The position numbers were made by a program, and so were the translations under genes. Under the pieces are notes generated by a model. That model was not told the DNA's origin. It ran no database searches and saw only the letters and a list, made by a program, of their open reading frames with translations. This document shows positions 24,621 through 37,900 of a stretch of 64,000 nt of DNA, piece after piece; the stretch's first letter is position 1; the number at the start of each line of letters is the position of its first letter. The DNA comes from Azolla caroliniana (taxonomy: Eukaryota; Plantae; Polypodiophyta): the NCBI GenBank assembly GCA_043228905.1, contig JBHGNT010000022.1, forward strand, positions 12,338,001 to 12,402,000. The letters are read 5' to 3'.

Positions 24621-27156
24621 TCCACTACTATAAATACAATTCACCACGTTTTGCTTCAATATTGTATTATAGTATTACAAACATTGCTTTAGGTTGAGAG
24701 CTCATGATCAAAGGTCATTGTTGGCATGGCATTTTTGTAGACAAAGTTGGGATATGGGACCATACTTGGGCTTCTACAAAACGTCACAAACTTTTGGATT
24801 AAGAACAAATTGTGAATATTTTCTAAATTATCGATATATTATCATCGTTATCATAATGTTATGATGATAGGTACATATTGTCTTGACAAACATTAGTTTT
24901 CTTGTATTAAAGAAAAAGATGTGTCAATGAATCAAACAAACTTGGAGCTCATCAACCTTTCATTTTCTCCCTGACACACAATAAAGCCCCTTTGATGTTG
25001 GCTTGTTCCCTGCAACATATCCCCTTTGGCTTCTATTTTCACATACTTTTCTACCAAATTTCTTGTGATACTATATAATAAGCTCATAAATCAAAGAAAA
25101 TTTCAATTCGTATAAACCATCCTTGTATTCTATATTACTTAAAGGATGAAGTTGGACCTATTCTACTACCTTTTTAACGGCCTTTCTTTTGTATGTCTTC
25201 TTCATATCCCTAATTTACTTGATTTAGCCTAGCTACCTAGAGTCTCAAGTGGAGCCCCCTTTTTATACACAAAGCTTCGAGATTGATTGCTTAATATTGA
25301 CACTACACATCTCACGTTGCCAATGCTGAATATGACTTTTATCATGTCATTGTCGCCGCTTGCCCCCCCAAAAAACAAACCTTTATATTAGTTGTGCAAA
25401 AGATCCTTTGATCCTAAAGATAGTTCAAGCACAAGAGTGATACAATTTTTGGCTATTTTAGTGAAATTTACAAACCTTTACAATAAAATATCTATCTTTC
25501 AATGGCCTTATCATATTTGTAATTATGAAGCTAACTTGATGTAAGGTCATGAGTTCAATATTCTAACTGAAGACATCTTTGCCACACCACACACATATCA
25601 CATCTCTTAACTTCATACCATGTGAATGTCAACGTATCGAAATAATTATCTTGTTATCTCCATCTCAACTATGACACAATATTGACCAATAACCTTAGTA
25701 AAATACATTTACTAGAAACGAAGTTAAAAAATGGTTCGACATATGCTTTAATTCTAAATCAATCTAGGTCGGGGAACACTACACCATACATGGTGGCAAT
25801 GTTTCCAATGTGCCAATGGACCTCCTATATTTCTCACACACACACTCTCCCCATAATATTATTAACCTTGTGAAATCAAGTTAGTAAGCTTTTATTGTAT
25901 AAATAAATTTACCTTCTCCACTATCCTACATCCCTTTTTGCTATACCATAACTTCTTTTGGGATTTATGACATTGAACTCTCATCACCTCATGCTTTCCA
26001 TGAGTTCAATCATATAATCTCCACAATATTTCATTGTACTTGAATTTCAACTTATCGAGGACATTAGTTGACATATGACTTGGCATTTGTGTAAAATACT
26101 ATTATGCTTACGATTATTTTGGAAGTGCTTGAGTATTGACATTCATTCGCACCATGGTAATAAACGAACAATTTTACGATTTTGTCAATCTTGGTTTACA
26201 GTACTAGCATTAATAATCGACAATGCCAACTTGCAAGCATTTTCATTACGATGACAACCTCATTCACATACAATAGTTTGTCTAGGTTTAGCATATGGTA
26301 TGTTTATTTCATGTCATGGTAAAGAAAAGTGACAAACAATGTTTCCTAGCAAGTAATAATGTGTTGTTGAATTTTGTATTCGATGTAACAAGAGCAAAAT
26401 GTGTCAAAAAATTTATATGACTTCATATGTCCAAAGATATAAGAAATGTCTTTTTGTGTACGCGAGTTCTATTCGAAGATGTCCATCTTAAGTTGTTACA
26501 AATTGTACTATGATTAAAGCCCAAGGATGGAGACACCTAACTTCCAACATTAAAGTTCATTTGGTTTCATATTTTCCTTAACAAAGTTGTGTCCTCTCTC
26601 TTAGTTTAGGAAAGGTGAAACTGCCATCAATGAAGATCAACTCAAGAATCTTCTTGTTGGACACTTGGAAAGTCTTTCTAAAAAGCCACTATAATCTTAC
26701 TCTATTGTATTGACCATAGCAATTTCATTAGTATCTTAATACTTGGGCATTTTCTACTCTTTTAACAATATGTATTGTTCAGCTTTATCTTTTGTTGCTA
26801 GGCAAGAAATGATCATTTTTCACTTCATAGTGTTCAAACGAGCTACAATGATCCCTCATCTATAGAATAAATTTATTACCAATGTCAGTATTCACATTCA
26901 AAACGAGGATTCCTGCTGAACAAGAGACTCCCACGGTCCACCTATCTTGCCCTTTCCTAAAGATTATTATTTTTTCCATTGCTTAATGTCCATGATGGTT
27001 TTGTTATACAAGGTTGTATTTTAGTACGATATAACATTATTATCAAATAAAGGTTGTTTTGACAACAAAAGACATACTGTTTCATTAGATCAAAGGCATT
27101 TGGTTGTTTAGTATTTCTATTTGCAGCCATGCAAGCATGTTAACACACATGCACAT

Positions 27157-27189
<33 letters not shown>

Positions 27190-27212
27190 AAAAAATCCTT
27201 AAACCTGTATCT

Positions 27213-27243
27213 TAAACTCTAAACCCTAAACCCTAAACCCTAG
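27213..27243. repeat. Short interstitial telomere-type repeat (AAACCCT)3 next to (CA)n
   Basis: TAAACTCTAAACCCTAAACCCTAAACCCTAG. Confidence 0.7.
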
Positions 27244-28939
27244 AGAAATAGTCAAGTGTGTATGTGAACATTACCTTGAAAAGTTTTTGTAAAGTGCACA
27301 TTGTCTAATTTTATGTGGCATGAATGATTTTATGAGACACCAAGTAGAGTTCTTCCCAGTGTGCACATATGGTTTAATGTGCCAATATGCCCTAAAACAT
27401 CTTAGGATTTAAGAGGAGAGAAAAATGGTATTGAAAATTACAGCCTTTTGTGCATTGCATGTGGCTTTGAAAATATGACCAAGATTGGAGATGACACGCA
27501 ATCGATCACAATCATTTGATGGCACATGATGGTTGTTCAAACCCTAATTAGGTAGTACAACAACAATGTCAAGAAGGAAAGATTGTGCACATTCATCTAC
27601 TTCCATCTGTTGATGCTATGATTTCAAGATGGAAATGTTGTGTATCTAGATCTACATGATTTCATGTGGGCAAGCTGACACAACCCAAGACATCCCGGTG
27701 CAAGAATTTTACATTTAACCCGATAAGATAACAACAAATAGTGCAAAATGCCTTGACATAGAACTAATATTAGTGACATTGGCACCCAACTTCAATATTT
27801 TAGCAAATGTAACAATTTGAAAATTTGCATTTCTCCCATATAAAGGCAGTTGCAGTCCATTAAAAATAAGTGAATGCAAGCATTGTTACCAATTTATACA
27901 ATGGGAAGTTTATGGCTCGTAAGATTTCGACAACAATAGGATTTTACAATACACTACCATACACCCACAAACTGTCCATAGTATTAAACGGCTCAAGCAA
28001 GTGAATAACATGGATCTAATCCCAACAGAGTGTACACAATCTGGATTCAAGCAATATAATCACTCAGTAGATCTCTTCATTACAATCCTTGCTAATCTAA
28101 TATATACATTTCAACTTTACAAATCTGTGCATGTTTTATGATTAAGTTAAGATATTCCCAAGTTATATCAGATTGATAGAAAGTATATGCCATCTATTGG
28201 TTATTAGCATGCGAGTTATATATATTTAGTAAATAGAAAATGTATTGCCATTATAAACATTATTTATGGCTTCTTTAATGATTTTGTACATGACTCATCT
28301 TGTTTCTTCGCTTACTTGCACCCATCCAAAGAAAAAGACGAGCTCAACATAGAAGAAACAATTGGTCAGAATACACATTGGTACACTGTCAGTGAATACA
28401 ATAATAGGTTACTCTCATCAATAAACATCGTGATATCTCAATACATCATTCCTCTGTGCTCGCGAGCAATAGGCACAACCCATCAGAAGTTACCTTGACA
28501 CGAAGACAAGTGGAGGTTCTCCTAGTGCACTAATATAGGACCCATAGCATGTCCACTTGACTTAAATCCAGCGAGGCTTTACATCAAATGTAAAAATTTC
28601 CAAGGGCATCCAACATCCGTGCCTTACTGCCATAACTATTCAAAAAGGTTTGGGAATTACGGAAATGCCAAGCACATGTTCCATGTGCATAATGTGTATT
28701 AATTTCCAATCATTGATCAGATACCCACTTGCTTGCTTCCATATTAAAATCCTTCAAAACCATGCAGGAGGGTAACTACTGATGTCGAAACATTTTTAAA
28801 CAGTTGATGGCTGTCCATAGGATGGATGAACCTTTAGACAACTCATATCAGCTTATATGCTGTTGCATATCCACAGATCACATATATAATCACAGCCTCG
28901 GCTATGCATTAAAGGTACTCAACTACATATTTGGACTCC

Positions 28940-31900
28940 TTATCTTTGCACGGTACTCCATCCATGGTATGAAATATTTTCGTCATGTGGACCTGACAAC
29001 CTCTTGCTTGGAAATGTAGTACGACTTCTTGATGACCCTTGATTTCCATATTCATCCACCAGCGGTCTGTTCCCACGGTTGTAGGCTACTTGGTGTGAAC
29101 TCAAGAGGTTCATATCCGATTGTGAAGTATGAAGTGGAACTTCAAAATAGCGTCGTGGTGAGACAGGTCCACTCATGGCTGTTCGATTAGAGCGAGGTGT
29201 AATAGCAGAGGATGCACTGCAATTAATTGTGTATCCATGTTACATGGACAAAATGATAGTCAGATCTTGAATTCTTATTGAAATAGCATCATGCATGTGA
29301 TTGAAGGAAGTTTTCTTCCATTAGAAACCAAGATAATAGGATCACTTATGGACCTGTAAACTTAACCAATTATAGCAATAACTGTACTAACCTGAATGCA
29401 GGAGGTCGCCCTATGGCCATGTCTCGACGAACTCTGTCACCTTCACGATCCCGAAATGTTATCCTCTCAACCACAGCCTGTATAGGATGTGATCATTTCA
29501 ACAGTTAGAACAATACTACTGGTCAATGAAACAAGAGTATACTATTTTCAAAGTTACGCATGACGACATTCTTATTCATTAGAGTTCTCCTATTGAACCA
29601 GATTTTGTTACTTTCTTCGTCTTCTAACTTTTTTCATTTTGGGGAAAAAAATGTTACCTGGGAGAGTGTAGCACCATTCGATGGCATAGGACTATCCAAC
29701 TGCATGTAAGGGTGGCAAAGTAATGTGGATGCTGACGGGCGCTTTGAAGGATCCCTTTGCAGACACATTTTTATGAAGTTTTGTCCAAGTGGTGACAATG
29801 AATCAGGAATGGGCACATCATGGCAATTCATCACCTTGAACATTGCTGCATACTGGGCAAGAAAGAATAAATGTCCAATGTCAAAGCAATTACATGCACA
29901 TTCTAATTAATATTTCAAGAGTTGATGCACTCATAATTGATCTAAATGCACAGGTTGCACATGATCTCATTGGGAGTGTTTGTTGAGAATGTTTAAAAGT
30001 TGTAACGGCTAGCCCAACGGCTAGTTAGTTCCAACAGCTAGTTAGCCCAACGGCCAGATCTTGGCCTTTATAAAGAGGGACTTCTCCTCATGTAAATATA
30101 AGAGATCTCTGTATTTTCTCCCTCCAACGAATGTATATTACAGAACAGATGTGCTTTCTCATATTTCTTTATGGTATCAGAGCATAGATCCGCCCCTCTG
30201 CAAAACCCTAGATCTGTCCTCTGCAAAACCCTAGATCTGTCCTCTGCAGAACCCTAGATCTACCCTTCTGCTGAAATGACAGTGATTGGAACAGCACTGT
30301 CCTAGCATTCAAGAGAGGAAAGCAGAGATAGGCCAAGTTGACAAGATGGATGATGTGTTCTCAAAATTGAATGAAGATGAGGTGAAAACATTGGTGAAAT
30401 ACATGAAACAGGCTGAGATAGTAGCATCTGGAGGTGTGACAGGAATGCAACCACCACCCCGACTTGAACTCCTCCCAGTTGAGTTCAAACTCGATGGACC
30501 AGCCACATACTTGAGCTGGTCGCGTCGGATTATAGGTGCCTTGGCAGGAAGAAGCCTTGACGGCTACCTTACGGGAGAAGAGAAAGAGCCTCCTATCAAA
30601 ACGAGCAATGAATGGAAAGCATGGAGAGCTACCCACATGTCATTGTACACGTGGCTCCTAAACTCCATGATTCCATCAATCGCCACAACAGTTGATGGAA
30701 TTTTAAGTGTAAAGGAGATATGGGAGAAATTGCAAAAGACGTATGCAGGGAGGGGAAACAACATGAGAGTATTTCAAATCGAGCAGGAGATTGATGCTGT
30801 TTGCCAGGGAGATAGGATGGTCCAGGAATATGCCATAGAGTTGGAGCGTCTATGGGCAGAATACGATCATTTCTCGCCTGTGACAGTGTGCAATGATCCT
30901 CAGTGTAAGAGCAAGGAAATTTCTGCTCAAAGAAGAACTATGCAATTTTTGAAACATCTCAACCCGTCATTTGATCAAAGAAGGGCAGTTCTTCTAGCTA
31001 AGGCAGAAATTCCTACACTTGATGAGGCAATCGCGACTATGATACAAGAGGAGAGTAGAATGAAGCTGCTCTCTGACACTACCGGACTTCCAGGGGTACG
31101 ATCGGCACTAATGGTGTCCAATACAAGCGGAAGTGAAAATCGAAAATGCTACAATTGTGGTGAAGCTGGTCATTTCAAGAATGCTTGCCCTAAACCATCT
31201 AAGGAGAGAGAATATGGAGGACGTGGACAAACTAGAGGTCGTGGTCGAGGGGGCCGAAGAGGTGCACGAGGAGGTTACCAAGCAAACTTGATGGTAGCAA
31301 AAGAAGAGGAAGGAACTAAGGTGGTGTTCACCGAAGAGGATCAAGCTCTCTTAGAAATACTTAGGAGGAAGCAAAGAGCCGCAGATGATACTTCATTCAT
31401 GTCAAGAGGTAACACTGCCACCTATGCTTATTCGGCCACAAGTACTAGCAACACAAATACTCTTGCCTCTACACCAGAATGGATAATTGATTCTGGTGCA
31501 TCTAGGCATGTGACGGGTAATGCTAGTGAATTCTCCTCATATACTCACTTATCAATGCCAGAAAGCATTCAAATTGCTGACGGTACTATACAACCTGTAG
31601 TGGGTATAGGTACAGTAAAATGTACCGACTCTGTGACATTGTCTAATGTGTTGCATGCTCCTTCTTTCCCAGTAAACTTATTATCTATAAGTTCTATCAT
31701 ACACCAACTAAAATGTGTTGTTTCTTTTGATATTCCCAAGGTGATATTCCAGGAGAAAGGGACAGGTCGGAGACTTGGGACTGGCACATGGCATAGTGGA
31801 CTATGGTATTTGGATCGTGAAGGGCTGGATTCAGCATTAGCATCTATGGTAGAGGGAATAGATGTAAGGGGATCTAGAATGAGTTATGAGGACTTGTTAA

Positions 31901-34900
31901 TACTTCATCACCAACGCATGGGACATGCCTCTTATGGCATTTTGAGTCGGGTGTATCCACACCTTTTTGAAAAGGCGGATAAAACAAAACTTGTTTGTGA
32001 TGCATGTGAATTTGGTAAGCTTACTAAAAGTTCATATGCTAGTTCGGGTCATAGGAGTTCCCATGCATTTGATGTAATACACTCCGATGTTTGGGGACCA
32101 TGTCCCACAAGTTCTATTAATGGATATCGATATTTTGTCTCTTTCATTGACTGCTTCTCTCGTGTGACTTGGTTATATTTGATGAGGAAAAAGAATGAAG
32201 TATTTGCTTGTTTTAAAGATTTTCATAGAGCAGTTCAAACTCAATATGGTGCAGTAGTAAAAGTGTTGAGGTCTGATAATGGAACAGAGTATGCTAACAT
32301 GACATTTAGGGCATACCTCTCAGATCAAGGAATACAACATCAAACTACATGCCCATATACACCAGAACAAAATGGAGTAGCAGAGAGGAAGAATAGACAT
32401 CTTCTAGAGGTAACGAGAAGCATGATGATTTCTATGAATGTCCCAAAGCAGTTGTGGGGACAGGCAGTTTTGACGGCTGCCACATTGATCAATAGAATGC
32501 CCTCTAGAGTATTGGAGTGGAAGTCTCCATGTGAGTTGTTGCAAGGCAATAACTCTGGAATCCTTCCTTTGAAGGTGTTTGGATGTGTGTGTTTTGTAAA
32601 GGACAGTAGACCATCAGTAGGAAAACTTGATCCTAAAGCTGTAAAATGTGTATTTGTGGGATACTCTGCCACACAAAAAGGCTATGTTTGCTGGAGTCCA
32701 GTAGAGAAGAGATTATTTGTGAGCATGGATGTGCATTTCAGAGAGTCAGAGCCATATTATAAACAAGGGGTAACTTCACCCTTTGATGACTTAATTCAGA
32801 CTGAAAATATGAGGGAAGGAGATAATTGTGAGAGGTTGCTAAAAATAGGATCAATTCCTTTGCTGACCCCTACATCAGCTGAGAAAGAAGTGAGCGTAGG
32901 AGGTACGGAAGAAGAAGGAAACGAAGACGAGGAGCCTATATGTGTTGGGACTCAAGTTGAGGGGGAGCTAAAGGTGTATACAAGGAAGAGGAGGCAGAAA
33001 GACGGAAATGTGAACACGTCTTCAGCACCACATGTGCCATCAAGTTCCATGTCCCGACCTGCCTCGACTTCTGAAATACCTACAGAACTCCCGAACCTAG
33101 AAATCACAGGTGATATGATTTCCTCTCCTTCTCCTATCGAGATTAGGAGGACCTCTCGCAGTAATGCAGGGGTCCCTCCTGATCGTTATGGTTTTCCTCA
33201 TGATATTGCTCAGTTTATCTCTTATTCTAACATATCAGCTACACATAGAGCATTCATTGCATCATTAGACTCTGTCACTTTACCCAAGTGTTGGCAGGTT
33301 GCTAAAGAAGATCCAAAATGGAAAGCAGCCATGCAAAAAGAACTCGGAGCTCTTGAGAAGAACAAAACTTGGGAGATTGTGTCACTACCACCGGGAAAGA
33401 AGGCGGTTGGGTGCAAATGGGTGTTTACAATAAAACAGACCCCAGAGGGAAAAATAGATCGATACAAGGCACGATTGGTGGCTAAAGGATATAGTCAGAC
33501 ATATGGCATTGACTATGATGAGACTTTTGCACCTGTGGCGAAGATGAGCACTGTTAGAACACTTATTTCCTTAGCAGTGAATAAGGATTGGAAATTACAT
33601 CAATTAGATGTAAAAAATGCATTCCTTCATGGAGAGTTGATGGAGGAAGTGTACATGGATGTTCCCCCAGGTTTCGGTACAATTCAAACAGTAGGTAAGG
33701 TTTGCAAACTTAGGAAGTCGCTTTATGGACTAAAGCAATCTCCTCGAGCCTGGTTTGACAAGTTAAGAAGGGCTATGGTGGGTATGGGATACCAACAGAC
33801 GAATGCAGACCATACAGTGTTCTTTCGACAACACAAGGACCATACTACATTGCTTGCTGTGTATGTGGATGATATAATTATCACAGGTAACGATGAAGGA
33901 GAAATTGCCCAACTGAAGATGCAATTGGGTAAAGAGTTTGAGGTGAAGGATCTAGGATTGCTACGCTACTTTCTTGGAATTGAGGTAGCTCGTGGAGCAG
34001 AAGGAGTTGTTCTATCTCAGCGAAAATATGTACTTGATCTTCTCAAAGAAACTGGAATGTTGGGTTGTAGGCCTGTAGCTTCTCCAATCGACCAAAAGAT
34101 CAAGCTAACTGAACTTGCGGGAGAGAAAGTTGATCGTGAAAGGTATCAAAGATTGGTAGGTCGGCTGATTTATTTGACCCACACCCGTCCAGATATCTCA
34201 TTTGCAGTAAGTGTGGTAAGTCGCTACATGCATGATCCGAGGAAAGATCATATGGATGCAGTGTACCATATTCTGAGATATCTCAAAGGTGCCCCAGGGA
34301 AGGGATTAATCTTCAGAAAACATGGTCATTTTAACATTGAGGGCTATTGTGATTCTGATTGGGCCAGTTGTGCTGATGACAGAAAATCCACATCAGGATA
34401 CTGCATGTTTGTTGGAGGCAATCTAGTCTCTTGGAAGAGTAAGAAACAGTCAGTAGTAGCAAGGTCAACAGCTGAAGCAGAGTATAGAGCTATTGCTATA
34501 GGAGTTGCGGAGATGTTATGGCTGCGAACTCTCCTAGTAGAACTAAAGGTGAATCAAGAAAATCAGATGATGTTGTGGTGTGACAATAAGTCAGCAATCA
34601 GCATTGCCAACAATCCGGTACAGCACGATAGGACCACATCGAAATCGACAGGTTCTTTATCAAAGAAAAGCTTGATAATGGAATATTAAAATTGAGTCAT
34701 GTTTCTACTGAACATCAAGTAGCAGATTGTCTTACAAAGGGACTTGGGCCAGTAAGTCTTACTAGATTGTGTAACAAGATGGGCTTAGTGGATATTTTTC
34801 ACCCATCTTGAGGGGGAGTGTTGAGAATGTTTAAAAGTTGTAACGGCTAGCCCAACGGCTAGTTAGTTCCAACAGCTAGTTAGCCCAACGGCCAGATCTT

Positions 34901-37900
34901 GGCCTTTATAAAGAGGGACTTCTCCTCATGTAAATATAAGAGATCTCTGTATTTTCTCCCTCCAACGAATGTATATTACAGAACAGATGTGCTTTCTCAT
35001 ATTTCTTTAGTGTTGATATATAGAAGTGAGAGCCCTAAGCACAGAGTGAGGTTCAGCCAAGGATGCAGAACTTTGTATCAACAAAAAATTTGTTACATGA
35101 TTAGATATAGCCATTTCAGCTATGCATTTTGAGATTCAGAGCTCATTCTCCCTCTAATATGTATGATATGCAAAGAGTTATTTTCAATAATGAGTGGGAT
35201 ATAATTGTGCACTGAGCCATAAGGATCGTGCTAAATCAGGGTCGACTTTCAGCATAGAGACCATGGCCCTTATTGTGAGGGATAAGCTAAAACTTGCAAT
35301 TGGTTCAAAGGGTGTACATGAACAATTAATAATGGTCGCGGTCAACTATGAGAGGGAAAGGATGTGACTTGTTGGCCTTTATACACGGAATCATGTTGTT
35401 GAATATATCGAACTTTGGTAATGTCATATAAAATTCTGTGTCTTGGAAGAAATATGTTTGGTGATTTTGAGACGCATTATAATATGGTCTACTCTATCTC
35501 AATGCATAATTTAATGGATGCCCCCAAAAGAGAGGTTTGGGACATATTCACAGTAGAAGTCCTCAAGTATGAAGCAAATCTTGGTAATACATTATGATCT
35601 GCAGAGTATAGATCAACAAGAAATCTGCTGCATTTCATATATGTAATTATGATGAAGCTTTCCTGCCAAAAGTGTTGGTATGCATGCATGTCAAGCATAC
35701 GCACCATTTGACCATTTGAGCCTTGACTGGAGAAGGATGATGAAGATGACGAGGATGAGGACAACAAGGAAGAGGGAGGAAGTGGAGCAGCAGAAGAAGA
35801 GTTGAATGTTAGACGAAACTAGGGTTAGGGTGAGGTGGGAGTGAGATGGTTATGTGATCACTCAGAGCCTCAGCATAGATAACCGAAATCGATCAAATGT
35901 CATTAGAGATATTTTATGGTTCATCCAGTAGACTTCCACAATCAGGAAATCATAGGAGAAAATGTACCAGACACAAGACAGAAGAGGTTAAGACATGCAC
36001 AATTGTGATAAAACTAGCACCTCTAAGTGGAAGAACCAAATCTGCAATGTTCCAAATTGGGCCCTGGATTACTCTGCCACTCTTCCCCAAAAGTTCACAT
36101 CGACGGGAACGTTTGGCACCTCGATGTCAGCTCTTCGCCAGAGGAAGCTGGTTGACAGAAAGTGATCTGCCTGAATGAACGATGAAGACTGGACAGAATT
36201 GGATCACCTGGCAATGACGAGAATTTTTCTACATCTAGCCTCTGTGTCCACTTGATGCGGAGGATCTATGGAAAACGCTAGGAAACACTTCATGAGGAGA
36301 TCGTATGAGGTTTGGATGGAAAATTTCAGCAACTGAAGCCACTCGCAATGAGGCTTGGGCCAGAGATGCAGGTTGCCATTCATAATTCTGAAGGGTGATT
36401 TAGAAGCCTAACAAATTCAATATTAAACAAAACTCGAAAAAGAAACCTAAACTGAGCCCAGTTATACAATTTCAAAAGGATCCATATGAAAGAAAACACA
36501 ATTGGTAAAAGGTGAAGGGAAGCTTTAAAAACTTGCCAGCAAAATCCAAATACTAATGCACCAAATTGTGACGAAAAACAGGGATGCCAATGAGAAGAAG
36601 TACCAAAGGAAGCTCTTTTCATTCAACGATTTTATTCCTTTCTTATTTATCATCTTGGCATCTCTCTTGAATTGGCTAGATAAATACTTCAGAAGGGTGT
36701 CTCAACCTCGATCTAGGATCAAAAATGTCGGAAAGAGGGATAAGATTGGTTAGGATAGCATGTGTCAAAACAACTTTCTTTCAGAGCATCCTTGGATCAG
36801 AATATCTTGAATTCCTATGAGATTAAGGATATTAAATTAACATATTTAGATTCTGTTTTGGATACACTTACAATTTTGCCCTCACACTGATTGTTCATTT
36901 ATGTGGACAATGTCAAATGCAAGGCTTATATTTCGTATTTTGGCTCAACATTTTGTCCATGAACCCATTCTTTATTTATTTAATTTTATAAGTTTATGAA
37001 CCTACTCTTTAATTCTAGAGTGGGCAGTAGATAATGATTTTAGAGTTCAACTTGGTGGCTTATACACCCTCGACTGTATCAGCTTGTCTACGAAACTTCT
37101 CCCTCAATTTTATAAATGTTATCTAGAGCTTGATACTCATAGAGCCAAGCATGTTATGTCCAACATATGGCCACTTCCAACAGTGCATTTTTTTATTTAA
37201 CAAAAAAATATTATCCATCATATGATGGTTTAAGCTAGTCAAATTTTGAAACTCACCCCTTCATATTGGAACCATGGCGGCTTTCCAGTGGCCATCTCTA
37301 TGACTGTACAACCAAGGCCCCAAATGTCTACTGCAAATTCAAATCCTGCATTGTTTTGTAGGATAACCTACAGAATGCAAAGTAAACTATGTGCTCTTTT
37401 AAACATACTGTAATAAGAAATGATTGTAAAGAGCAATATGCTACCTCTGGTGCCATCCAATAAGGGCTTCCCTTGAATGAAAGTGGGGCTATGTTATCCC
37501 CAATCTGCATGATAAGGACAAAAATATTAAGCTCAACCACTATTACATAATAATGAAGATCTACACTACATGGTAGAATTTACACACTAATGCCATGGTT
37601 AATGTTAAGCGCAACTAATACTTAATCATACTAATGCAGACCTATGCTACAAGAGAGGAGATAAATAAAGCTGACATGCTTATTACTGCAACAGAAATCT
37701 GAAACTTAGTTTATGCCCCTAATATTATACCTGCTCCTGCTAACATATGGGCTATAATTACAGCTGAAGGAAGCAACAACATTCTGAGATCAATTACTAG
37801 GTTCTACAAACCAGTATATACTACTTAAACAGCTCTAACAACAGCACTAACTAGTAGTAACAAAAAAGCATAAGCAATGGCTCAAAGTCGCATGGATTTC

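Larger units (their letters stand above)
29981..35009 (+). mobile_element. Full-length Ty1/copia LTR retrotransposon (Ale-like, short LTRs) in a MAP3K intron, antisense to the host gene
   Basis: LTRs 29981-30171 and 34819-35009, identical by eye. 5-bp TSD GTGTT (29976-29980, 35010-35014). PBS and PPT present. Gag-pol order gag-PR-IN-RT-RH. Confidence 0.97.

Noticed and set aside
19000-27100. Hidden genes in the AT-rich interval (also 52200-55900)
   Set aside because: Only short low-information ORFs with no recognisable motifs or consistent splice chains; probably decayed TE DNA that I cannot classify.
27213-27243. Chromosome-fusion telomere relic
   Set aside because: Only three perfect AAACCCT units, common as telo-box or repair filler.
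30286-30345. ORF-track start of the 1467-aa polyprotein
   Set aside because: It starts at TTG; the first in-frame ATG is 30346.
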